Positions 34,190 through 42,195 of a stretch of DNA of 64,000 nucleotides are shown here, piece by piece (the stretch's first letter is position 1; each line of letters begins with the position of its first letter). This stretch comes from Bauldia litoralis. GTDB lineage: Bacteria > Pseudomonadota > Alphaproteobacteria > Rhizobiales > Kaistiaceae. Made by a program: the position numbers and the translations under genes. Where the stretch lies: the NCBI GenBank assembly GCA_945882315.1, contig CAMCWB010000001.1, positions 1,560 to 65,559 of the forward strand. Direction: 5' to 3'. The notes under the pieces were generated by a model. That model saw only the letters and a list, made by a program, of their open reading frames with translations, was not told the DNA's origin and did no database searches.

Positions 34190-36130
34190 CTAGCTGCCCT
34201 GGGCAAGCTCGGTGATGTTACGCACCGTGACCCGGCGGTTCTGCTGTTCCGCCGCTTCTGTCGGGACCTTCAGATATTGCTCGCCGTAGCCCTGCGTGAC
34301 CAGGTTCTCCGGCGGAACGTTGAAGTTGCTCGACAGCGCCACCGCGATTGCCTCGGCGCGCCGGTCGGACAGAACGAGATTGTCGTTGTCCGAGCCAACG
34401 GCGTCGGTGTGACCCTCGATCAGGAAGATCTGGTCGGGCGACTGAGTGATCGCCTGTTCCATGGCCTGGCCGACGGCCGTCAGCGCATCGAACTGCGAGG
34501 GTGAGATCGCCGCGCTGCCGAAGTCGAAGGTGATCGTATTGAGATCGACCCTCGGCATCTTGTCGCGCAACCGCTCACTGGTCCGAATCTCGTCGAGCGC
34601 ATACGGCCTTTCGATCGCTTCGACCGGCGGCGCCATCAGGGCCGCATAGATCTGGTCGCGATCCGCAGTGCTCGTCTCGACGATGTAGCGGTCCTGCGGA
34701 ATGCCGATACGCAGCGGCGGCAACTCGTCCTCGAAGCGCGTGTAGGTGGGTCGCCGACCCTCGCGATAAAATTCGCGATTGTCGATGAGGATCACCTGAC
34801 GGCCGCGTGGGTCGACGCGGGTCCGGGTCATGATCTCACCGTAGCGGTCACGCACGGTGATGATCTGCGAGCTATCGCCGCGGCTCACCGTCGTACGCTG
34901 ATAGCCGCCGGGGAAATGCTCCACGTCGACGTCGCGCGCACGGCTGAGGAACCGATCCGACTCATAGGCGCTGTCCTGGCGAATGATGACCTGATCGCCG
35001 AAGCGGATGATGAAGCGTCCGCCCAGATCGAGAACGAGGTCCGATTCAGGTGGCCGTTCGCGTTCCCAGCGACCATCTCCGTCGCGACCTGGGCCGTCGC
35101 CACGACCCTGGCCGTCACCGCGACCCTGGCCGTCTCCTCGGCCTGGGCCGTCGTCGCCGCGGCCGGGACCGTCATTCCCGCTACCGCCCTGACCTTCACC
35201 CTGACCTTGGCCCTGACCTTGACCTTGACCATTCCCGTCACGGCCGCGCGCCTGCTCGTCGCGGAGCTTGGCGCGGAGCGTTCGGACATTGTCGACGGCC
35301 TACTGGTCGCCCTGGGCTTCGAGCTGGGATTCCGTCGCGGATTCTTCCGCCGGCGGCGCAGCAGTCTGCTGTCCGTCGGGCGTGGAAGGCTGGCCACCCT
35401 GATCGCCGCCTGGCGGCGGCAGGACCGGGGCTGATCCGTCGCCCGGTGCTTGCGGCGGCAATACCAGAGTCGGCGGCGCGTCGGCGGGCGGCGGCGCCAG
35501 CGTCGGCGGTGTCGACGGCTCCTGAACCGGCGGAATCGGCGTCGGCTCAAGAACCGGAGGCGTCTCCTGCTGCAACACCGGCGGCGCCGGTGTCTCCACC
35601 GGCGGCGGCTCGACCGTTGGCGGCACGAGAACCGGCGGCTCTACCGGGGGCACGTCCAGAACCGGGGGCGGCTCTGGGATCTGCAATTGCGGCGCCGGCG
35701 GCGTCTCAATCTGCGGCACCTCTATTTGTGGCGGAGCTTCGGGCGGAGCCGTCATCTCCGGCGGTGGCGCCGGCGGCTCGGGCGGCGGCGGTGTAGCCTC
35801 CGGCGGCGGGGCAGGCGGCTCCGGCGGGGGTGGAGGCGGGGGCGGCGGCTCCGGGGGAGGCGCAGGCGGTTCCGGCGGCGGCGGGGGCGGTGGCTCCGGC
35901 GGGGGTGGCGGCGGCGGTTCCTCCTCCTTCTTTTTCTCGGGCGGCGGCGCCTCTCCCGGCGGCAGAAGAAGGAGTTCCTCCGGCGTCTGCGCAAGCTGCA
36001 AGAGCGCCGGTGCGACGTCTGGCGCCCCTGAAGCGTCAGTCGCGCCTTGGTTCTGCAACGCCATGGCTGGCGCGGCGAACATGAAAGGCATGGCGACACT
36101 GGTGAAGAGGGCGAGGCGTTTGGATTTCAT
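34190..36130 (-). pseudogene. OmpA-family protein (signal peptide, Pro-rich and Gly/RGD-rich regions, C-terminal OmpA domain) interrupted by an in-frame TAG
   Basis: ORFs 35300..36160 and 34190..34924 are in the same frame. Reading through the TAG at 35300-35302 gives ...LEAQGDQ-stop-AVDNVRTLRAK...GQGRGDGQGRGD...VEHFPGGYQ.... The OmpA_C motif is IEGHTDAVGSDNDNLVLSDRRA. Start is MKSKRL at 36130. Confidence 0.75.
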
Positions 36131-36169
36131 CCCTGATGTTCCTGTCCTGAAAATGGGCAATCGGCTGCA

Positions 36170-36194
36170 AACGTCCGGTGAGGGCGATGGTTCC
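36170..36194 (-). promoter_or_regulatory. EcfG-type promoter GGAAC-N16-CGTT upstream of the OmpA-family gene
   Basis: Minus strand: GGAAC at 36194-36190, a 16-nt spacer, CGTT at 36173-36170. It lies about 40 nt upstream of ATG 36130. Confidence 0.6.
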
Positions 36195-36208
36195 CGGTCC
36201 CTGTCAGC

Positions 36209-36233
36209 GGAACCTTCCGGGCGACGGCGCGTT
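36209..36233 (+). promoter_or_regulatory. EcfG-type promoter GGAAC-N16-CGTT upstream of the 36284 gene
   Basis: GGAAC at 36209-36213, a 16-nt spacer, CGTT at 36230-36233. It diverges from the promoter at 36170-36194. Confidence 0.6.
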
Positions 36234-36283
36234 CGAGGAACTGGACAGATTACGAAAAGAAGTACCTAGAGGAGGAGACAGCT

Positions 36284-36595
36284 ATGGCTTCGCCGCAGAC
36301 GAGAAATCAGGGCGTCCCGAAAATGTTCGAGGACCGTGTCGAAGCCGACGCGGAAACCGTGAGCCATGTGCTCAACCCGGACCGCACGACCGACAAGGTG
36401 TTCTACCAGGATCCGCGGGCTCCTTTGACAGACGGCCAGAGTGCGCCGGATTCGATGGGCGACGTCGAAATGGCGCGCCGCACGGATGCCGGCCCGTCCG
36501 AGGTGGAGGAGTCGCGGCGCGACTCGTCGCCGGCTCTTTGGATTGCCCTTGGCATTGGCGTGGTTCTCGTCATCGCCTTCATCGCTTTTATGTAG
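36284..36595 (+). CDS. Small C-terminally membrane-anchored protein (103 aa)
   Basis: ORF 36284..36595 with GGAGGAG upstream. C-terminal TM segment is ALWIALGIGVVLVIAFIAF. Confidence 0.6.
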   Translation: MASPQTRNQGVPKMFEDRVEADAETVSHVLNPDRTTDKVFYQDPRAPLTDGQSAPDSMGDVEMARRTDAGPSEVEESRRDSSPALWIALGIGVVLVIAFIAFM

Positions 36596-36606
36596 GAGTT
36601 CGTTAA

Positions 36607-36852
36607 ATGCGTAATACATCCATCGCCGTGGCGATCTGCGCTTCGCTGGCGCTCTCTGCCTGCACCACAGGGCAAGGTGCCCTGGTCGGCGGCGCGACAG
36701 GTGCCGCGATCGGCGGGCTTGCCTCGGATTCGGTTGCCGGAGCGGTCGTCGGCGCCGGCGTCGGCGCGTTGGCTGGTGCCGTGCTCATTGAATCGACCAA
36801 GGATTACTGCACCTATCGCTATCGCGGAAAGACCTATCGCGAGCGCTGCTGA
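36607..36852 (+). CDS. Glycine-zipper lipoprotein (81 aa)
   Basis: ORF 36607..36852. Lipobox is LALSAC. Gly-zipper is GGATGAAIGGLASDSVAGAVVGAGVGALAGAV. Confidence 0.75.
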   Translation: MRNTSIAVAICASLALSACTTGQGALVGGATGAAIGGLASDSVAGAVVGAGVGALAGAVLIESTKDYCTYRYRGKTYRERC

Positions 36853-36871
36853 TCCACACCCCGATAAAAAC

Positions 36872-36904
36872 AAAGGGCCCGCTTTCGCGGGCCCTTTTTT
36901 ATTT
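36872..36904. terminator. Bidirectional rho-independent terminator between convergent genes
   Basis: Stem GGGCCCGC/GCGGGCCC with loop TTTC, flanked by an A-run upstream and a T-run downstream. Confidence 0.85.
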
Positions 36905-36918
36905 GGAGAAGGCCGGAT

Positions 36919-37245
36919 CTAGCGGCGACGCTCGATCCATTCCTCTTCCTTCTGCTCTTCCTTCTGCTCTTCGCTCTGCTCGATCTCGGTCTCGCCGTCA
37001 TCGTCGTCGAGGTCGAGTTCATCGTCTTCCCACTCGGCCATCACCTCGTCGGCTGGCTTGGAAAGGTGGACATGGCTGTCGACGTGATCGACCAGAGTCG
37101 CATCAACGAAGTGATGCTGGCCGTCGGCGGAATCATTCTTCGTGAGCTTGATCTGGTCTTTTTCCAGATGGTCGACGACGCCGACCAGAATGTGATCCGA
37201 GCCATAGACTTCCATATGTTCCTTGATGGTCGCAGAAGCGGTCAT
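36919..37245 (-). CDS. DUF2171 domain protein with acidic C-terminal tail
   Basis: ORF 36919..37245. Sequence MEVYGSDHILVGVVDHLEKDQIKLTKND.... Confidence 0.75.
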   Translation of the reverse strand: MTASATIKEHMEVYGSDHILVGVVDHLEKDQIKLTKNDSADGQHHFVDATLVDHVDSHVHLSKPADEVMAEWEDDELDLDDDDGETEIEQSEEQKEEQKEEEWIERRR

Positions 37246-37280
37246 GACGCGCTCTCCCTGGGGTTGGAATGCGTGCCGAT

Positions 37281-37305
37281 AACGCTCCCATTCACGAATG
37301 GTTCA
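37281..37305 (-). promoter_or_regulatory. EcfG-like promoter TGAAC-N16-CGTT upstream of the DUF2171 gene
   Basis: Minus strand: TGAAC at 37305-37301, a 16-nt spacer, CGTT at 37284-37281. One mismatch in the -35 element. Confidence 0.45.
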
Positions 37306-37309
37306 GGCA

Positions 37310-37334
37310 GGAACCTGAACGCTGATTGGTCGAT
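37310..37334 (+). promoter_or_regulatory. EcfG-like promoter GGAAC-N16-CGAT upstream of csbD-like gene
   Basis: GGAAC at 37310-37314 and CGAT at 37331-37334. One mismatch in the -10 element, and 34 nt from ATG 37368. Confidence 0.45.
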
Positions 37335-37367
37335 CTTCGATAGGGCAGTCAAGATCGGGAGATCGTC

Positions 37368-37571
37368 ATGGATTGGGATCGCGTCGAAGGAAACTGGAAG
37401 CAGGCCAAGGGCAAGGTCAAGGAACAGTGGGGCAAGCTCACGGACGACGACCTTGACGTCGTAGCCGGGAAGCGCGACCAGCTCGAAGGAAAGATCCAGG
37501 AGCGCTACGGCATCGCCAAGGATCAGGTCCGCACGGATGTCGATACCTGGGTCAGCTCGCAAAGCTGGTAA
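37368..37571 (+). CDS. CsbD-family general stress protein
   Basis: ORF 37368..37571. Sequence MDWDRVEGNWKQAKGKVKEQWGKLTDDDLDVVAGKRDQLEGKIQERYG. Confidence 0.9.
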   Translation: MDWDRVEGNWKQAKGKVKEQWGKLTDDDLDVVAGKRDQLEGKIQERYGIAKDQVRTDVDTWVSSQSW

Positions 37572-37590
37572 TCGGCCGGAACTGCTTCAA

Positions 37591-37629
37591 AGCGGCGAGC
37601 GTCGACAAGCGCTCGCCGCTTTGTCGTTT
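37591..37629 (+). terminator. Rho-independent terminator
   Basis: 11-bp stem AGCGGCGAGCG/CGCTCGCCGCT with an 8-nt loop, followed by TTGTCGTTT. Confidence 0.8.
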
Positions 37630-37630
37630 C

Positions 37631-37655
37631 GGAACTTAAATTAAAAACCCGTGTT
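37631..37655 (+). promoter_or_regulatory. Possible EcfG-like promoter GGAAC-N16-TGTT upstream of the BA14K gene
   Basis: GGAAC at 37631-37635 and TGTT at 37652-37655. One mismatch. Confidence 0.35.
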
Positions 37656-37723
37656 CCCGGAACCGCTGTCGCTCGGGAGCTCCTTGCTCCGAGGGTGGCT
37701 TTCTCATTCTTTGGGAGAGCAAG

Positions 37724-38074
37724 ATGAACAAGATCGTCAACCTGGCACTTGCCGCCACGATTGCGGTGGCCGGCTTGGGCATTACGGCGGGATCGAGCGA
37801 TGCCCGCGAGTACCGCGATCGCCATCGCGGCAACGACTTCAATTTCAGCCTGCAGTTCGGGAATCCCTATCCGTACTACGCGCCGCGCTATTACCGGCCG
37901 TATTATCAGCCGCGGGCCTATTATGCGCCGCAGCCGCGCCGTTACTATCGTGGCGGGACGAATGCGCATGTCGCCTGGTGCCACGACCGCTACAGGTCCT
38001 ACCGCGCCTACGACAACACCTATCAGCCTTACGGCGGCCCACGGCGCGAATGCCGTTCGCCTTACTACGGCTAG
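37724..38074 (+). CDS. BA14K-family protein
   Basis: ORF 37724..38074 with a signal peptide. C-terminal motif is [33 protein letters not shown]. Confidence 0.85.
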   Translation: MNKIVNLALAATIAVAGLGITAGSSDAREYRDRHRGNDFNFSLQFGNPYPYYAPRYYRPYYQPRAYYAPQPRRYYRGGTNAHVAWCHDRYRSYRAYDNTYQPYGGPRRECRSPYYG

Positions 38075-38178
38075 AGGGCTATCGCCCCGCGCCGGCCGAG
38101 CGGGCCGCGAACGCGGGCGGTTGTCGAAATCATCAATTGACCTGTCTAAGGGACCGCGGCGTTGTCCGCGGTCTCTCT

Positions 38179-39060
38179 TTAGGGGCGCGCGGCTCTGCTC
38201 GCGCACGTAATGCGTCCGAGTTCTTCCCATCTGGCATGCCAGCGCATGCCTTCCTGCGTCGGCGGCTGCGGCGTCTGGATTTCGAGCCAGCGCACCGGCC
38301 GGCCCTCGACGGGAAAGAACGCATGCCGCGAGCCCACCGCCGTCCAGGCGAAGTCGCCGGTCTTCAGCGTGTAGGCGCGGCCGTCGAAGACGATGTCGAC
38401 GTCGCCCTCGAGGATCAGATAGGCCTCCTCGAAGGGATGGTCGTGATGATTGCAGATGCCGCCCTTGGCGAATTCGACGGTGAACATATTGAGATGCACC
38501 GCGCCGAAATCGCGGTCGACGAAATAGCGGATAGAGAATCCCTGCAGATCGCCATGCATATGCGCGCCTGGCGGCATCGAGCCGGCCGCATAGTGGCCGA
38601 GGAGTTTGCGGCGCGGATCCCCGGCCTTCGGCGCCGGCGTCAGCCTCGCCCAGTCGAGCGTCTCGATGAAGAACACATCCTGCCAGCCCCCGGCCGGCTT
38701 CGGCTGCGGCGTCGTCACCTCGACGTAGCGCGCCGGCGCCTCTGACGCATTCCGGTAGGCATGCGCGACGCCGGTCGAGACGATGCCGTAATCGTCGCGG
38801 CCGAGCGTGAAGCGCGTACCGTCGCGCTCCAGCTCCAGCACCCCGTCGAGCATGTAGATCGTCGTCTCATAGGCGCGGATCGAGCGGTCGATCGCGCCGC
38901 CGGGCTGCAGCGTGTTCAGCGCGTAGCCGGCATGGACGGAGCCGGCGTCGCGGTCGAGGAGCGTGACCCGCGACAGGCCGCGGCAATGTCCATCGAGGCT
39001 GCCGAGGCCGCCCTCTCGCATGTCCCCGGCGGAAACTACGAGATGGATCGGTGCCGGCAT
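38179..39060 (-). CDS. Bicupin (two cupin domains) protein
   Basis: ORF 38179..39060 with AGGAG 6 nt upstream. Two cupin-like cores: G.AHAYRN... and CNHHDHPFEEAYLILEGD...SRHAF. It starts 9 nt after the stop of the upstream PEPCK-hydrolase ORF. Confidence 0.75.
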   Translation of the reverse strand: MPAPIHLVVSAGDMREGGLGSLDGHCRGLSRVTLLDRDAGSVHAGYALNTLQPGGAIDRSIRAYETTIYMLDGVLELERDGTRFTLGRDDYGIVSTGVAHAYRNASEAPARYVEVTTPQPKPAGGWQDVFFIETLDWARLTPAPKAGDPRRKLLGHYAAGSMPPGAHMHGDLQGFSIRYFVDRDFGAVHLNMFTVEFAKGGICNHHDHPFEEAYLILEGDVDIVFDGRAYTLKTGDFAWTAVGSRHAFFPVEGRPVRWLEIQTPQPPTQEGMRWHARWEELGRITCASRAARP

Positions 39061-39069
39061 CCTGTGCTC

Positions 39070-41850
39070 CTACGCAGGCGCGCCGAAGGCGGCCTGGGTT
39101 CCGGCGCTTCGCCGAACATGCGGCGCGGCGAGGCTCTTCGGCGTGGCGAGGAAGCGGAGAAGCGTCTGGTTGACGAAATCCGCCGCCTCATACTGCGCCC
39201 AATGGCCGGTATTCTCGGCGATGACGCATTCCGACGACGGGTCGACGCCCTTGAGCAGTTCGCGCATGACCGGCAACCGGTCCTTGGCGACCGCGTCGCA
39301 GGCGCCCCAGATGCCGTCGGCCGGCACGCGGAGCTCGCGGAGGATCGCCGGCACGTCGGTCTTCTGCGCCAGCGCGCGGCTGTCGATGCGGGCACGGGCG
39401 GTGTTCTCCGCCTGCATGAAGACGGCGAGATCGTCGATCTTGTTTGCGTCATGCACCATCAGCGCCGCGAGGTTGCTGCGGTGGACGGAGAGCAGTTCCT
39501 TGCGGTCGGTGATGTGCCGCCACTTGGCGAGTTGCACGACTTCCGGCCGCGCAATGCCATAGCCGCCCGAGCCGATGAGGATCAGGCGTTCGATGCGCTC
39601 CGGTGCGATCGCCGCCATCTGGATGGCGATGACGCCGCCGAAGGAGAAGCCGGCGATCCGCGCCTGCGAGTAGGGGCCGAGGATCGCGTCGATGCCATGC
39701 CACAGCAGTTCGGCGATGCGCTGCGTCGAGAGATCGCCCTCGGGCTTGTCCGAGTCGCCGAAGGCCGGCATGTCGGGCGCATAGATCGTGTTGGTCGCGG
39801 CCAGGATCTCGATGTTGCGGATCCAGTGGGTCCAGGAGCCGAAGCCGCCATGCAGGAGCATGAGCGCCGGGCCGGAACCCCAGCTCCGCCAGACGGTCTT
39901 GGCGCCGGCATGTGTCGTGGTGATGCGCCGCGCCGAGGCTTCGAGCCGGGCGAGCGTTGCCGGCCGCGGCTCGGCGCCGTTGGCTGTGTTCTTCTGACTG
40001 CCGCCCTCGTCGTCGCCGGATTCCTCGGCTTCGTCGAGACGGCGGACAAGGTCGGCATGCTCGACCCAGAGTTCTTTCGGGAGCTTGTTGCCGAGCGCCT
40101 CATAGCCCTTGCCGATCGCGTCCGCTTCCGCCTTCCAGGAGGGGATATCGACGGACAGGATGAGGTCGAGCGTCGCGTCGGTGACGCCGAGGCCCTTGGT
40201 ATCGAGGGCCGCCTTGGTCGGCACCATGCCGATCGGCGTTTCGACCGCATCGGTCGTGCCTTCGAGCCGCTCGCAGATCCATTTGAGGACGCGGCTGTTC
40301 TCGGCATAGCCCGGCCAGGCGAACTTGCCGGCGGAATCCTTGCGGAACCAGTTGACCAGATAGAAGCGCGGCAGCTTGGCCGGATCCGGCGCGACGCGGC
40401 CGGTCTTGATCCAATGCGCCAGGTAGTCGCCGACATGGTAGCCGAGGAAAGGCAGCATCGCGAACGGGTCGCGGCGCAGCTCGCCGACCGTCGTGTCGGC
40501 GGCGGCGGTGCCTTCCGACGCCATGTTCGAGGCGAGGAAGATGCCGTGCTGCCAGGAAAAGGCTTCGGTTACGAGCGGTACGACGCCGGCCCGGCGGCCG
40601 CCGAACAGGAAGGCCGAGATCGGCACGCCGCTCGGGTCGTTCCATTCCGGCGCGATGCTCGGGCACTGGTCGGCCGGCACGGTGAAGCGCGCATTCGGAT
40701 GCGCCGCCGGGTCCTTTGACGCTGGCGTCCAGTCGTTTCCGATCCAGTCGGTCAGCCGGGCGGGTGGCGTATCGGTCATGCCCTCCCACCAGACGTCGCC
40801 GTCGGGCGTCGTCGCGACATTGGTGTAGATGCAATTGGCGTCGAGCGCGCCCATCGCGTTGGCATTGGTCTTGATGTTGGTGCCCGGCGCCACGCCGAAC
40901 AGGCCGGCTTCCGGATTGATCGCGTAAAGCTGGCCGTCCTTGCCGAAATGCATCCAGGCGATGTCGTCACCGATCGTCTCGGCCTTCCAGCCCGGCACGC
41001 TCGGCTTGATCATGGCGAGGTTGGTCTTGCCGCAGGCGCTGGGGAAGGCGGCGGCGATGTAGCGGACCTGGCCCTTCGGCGAGGTCAGCTTGAGGATCAG
41101 CATGTGCTCGGCGAGCCAGCCGCCGTCGCGCGCCATCACCGAAGCGATGCGCAGCGCATAGCATTTCTTGCCAAGGAGGGCGTTGCCGCCATAGCCGGAG
41201 CCGTAGGACCAGATCTCGCGGGTCTCGGGGTAATGGACGATGTATTTCGTCTCGTTGCAGGGCCACGGTACGTCGCTGTCGCCGGGCGCCAGTGGCGCCC
41301 CGACCGTGTGGACGCCGGGGACGAAAGTGCCATCGTCGCCGATCGCGGCAAGCGCTTCACTGCCCATACGAGTCATGATGCGCATCGACGCCACGACATA
41401 GGGGCTGTCGGTGAGTTCGACACCGAGCGCGCTGAAGGGCGAGCCGATCGTGCCCATCGAATAGGGGACCACATACATGGTGCGGCCGCGCATCGAGCCC
41501 CTGAACAGCGGGTCGAGCGTGGCGCGCATTTCGGCGGACTCGACCCAGTTATTGGTCGGGCCGGCGCCTTCCTTGGTCTTGGAGCAGATGAAGGTGCGGC
41601 TTTCGACGCGGGCGACGTCCTTCGGATCGGAGCGTGCCGCGAAGGAGTTCGGCCGCTTCTCGGGATGGAGCGGCATCAGGGTGCCGGCGTCGACCATGAG
41701 CCTGGTCAGCCGGTTCCATTCCTTTTCCGAGCCGTCGCACCATTCGATGCTGTCCGGCTGCGTCAGCGCCGCGATTTCCTCGACCCAGGCCAGCAGGCCT
41801 TTATGCTTGGTCGGAACGGTATCTCGCGTAGGAATGCTACCCACCTGCAT
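39070..41850 (-). CDS. pckG: GTP-type phosphoenolpyruvate carboxykinase fused to a C-terminal alpha/beta-hydrolase domain (about 926 aa)
   Basis: ORF 39070..41931; I prefer ATG 41850 after GGGGAG. PEPCK(GTP) P-loop is [12 protein letters not shown]. An acidic linker ([14 protein letters not shown]) follows. The hydrolase has HGGFGSW, nucleophile elbow GFSFGG and a C-terminal GHWAQYE. No stop and no plausible internal start separates the two parts. Confidence 0.85.
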   Translation of the reverse strand: MQVGSIPTRDTVPTKHKGLLAWVEEIAALTQPDSIEWCDGSEKEWNRLTRLMVDAGTLMPLHPEKRPNSFAARSDPKDVARVESRTFICSKTKEGAGPTNNWVESAEMRATLDPLFRGSMRGRTMYVVPYSMGTIGSPFSALGVELTDSPYVVASMRIMTRMGSEALAAIGDDGTFVPGVHTVGAPLAPGDSDVPWPCNETKYIVHYPETREIWSYGSGYGGNALLGKKCYALRIASVMARDGGWLAEHMLILKLTSPKGQVRYIAAAFPSACGKTNLAMIKPSVPGWKAETIGDDIAWMHFGKDGQLYAINPEAGLFGVAPGTNIKTNANAMGALDANCIYTNVATTPDGDVWWEGMTDTPPARLTDWIGNDWTPASKDPAAHPNARFTVPADQCPSIAPEWNDPSGVPISAFLFGGRRAGVVPLVTEAFSWQHGIFLASNMASEGTAAADTTVGELRRDPFAMLPFLGYHVGDYLAHWIKTGRVAPDPAKLPRFYLVNWFRKDSAGKFAWPGYAENSRVLKWICERLEGTTDAVETPIGMVPTKAALDTKGLGVTDATLDLILSVDIPSWKAEADAIGKGYEALGNKLPKELWVEHADLVRRLDEAEESGDDEGGSQKNTANGAEPRPATLARLEASARRITTTHAGAKTVWRSWGSGPALMLLHGGFGSWTHWIRNIEILAATNTIYAPDMPAFGDSDKPEGDLSTQRIAELLWHGIDAILGPYSQARIAGFSFGGVIAIQMAAIAPERIERLILIGSGGYGIARPEVVQLAKWRHITDRKELLSVHRSNLAALMVHDANKIDDLAVFMQAENTARARIDSRALAQKTDVPAILRELRVPADGIWGACDAVAKDRLPVMRELLKGVDPSSECVIAENTGHWAQYEAADFVNQTLLRFLATPKSLAAPHVRRSAGTQAAFGAPA

Positions 41851-42161
41851 TAACTCCCCGACGGAAAGTGGCTGGGGAGTTCGGAGCGTTCCCCTTCTGC
41901 TGCCAGTCTTCCTTTTTGGCCTACGAGACACGCAAACTCAACCCCGTGTCGGCAAAGACGCCTAAACACGGCGCCGCAGGGCCGGACTGCCGTGCCTGTG
42001 GCAAATCGGCCGTTTACCGGCCTCGGCGAATCCATTAAGGTGTTGTTTCGGATTTGTCCCTTATCCCGTAACTCTTCCCCTCGGCGCGCGCCCGGCGCGA
42101 CAGGCTGTGAGCATCTCATGGAGAAGAGGGGAGTGGGCAGGCTCCCGGCCGGCCTTTGAGC

Positions 42162-42187
42162 CCCGTTATACTGGCCCGTTATACTGG
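42162..42187 (+). repeat. Perfect tandem duplication of the 13-mer CCCGTTATACTGG, 8 nt upstream of the MFS gene start
   Basis: Read directly: copies at 42162-42174 and 42175-42187. Each copy contains TATACT. Confidence 0.85.
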
Positions 42188-42195
42188 AAAGACTC

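Noticed and set aside
34885-35796. ORFs 34885..35550 (-), 34916..35434 (+) and 35050..35796 (+) in the repeat region
   Set aside because: They are off-frame readings of the Pro/Gly-rich repeats of the OmpA-family gene.
39950-40050. PEPCK and alpha/beta hydrolase as two separate genes
   Set aside because: No stop codon, and no ATG/GTG with an RBS, lies in the linker. The hydrolase domain needs residues upstream of the only nearby Met (MLLHGG). A sequencing error cannot be excluded without reads.
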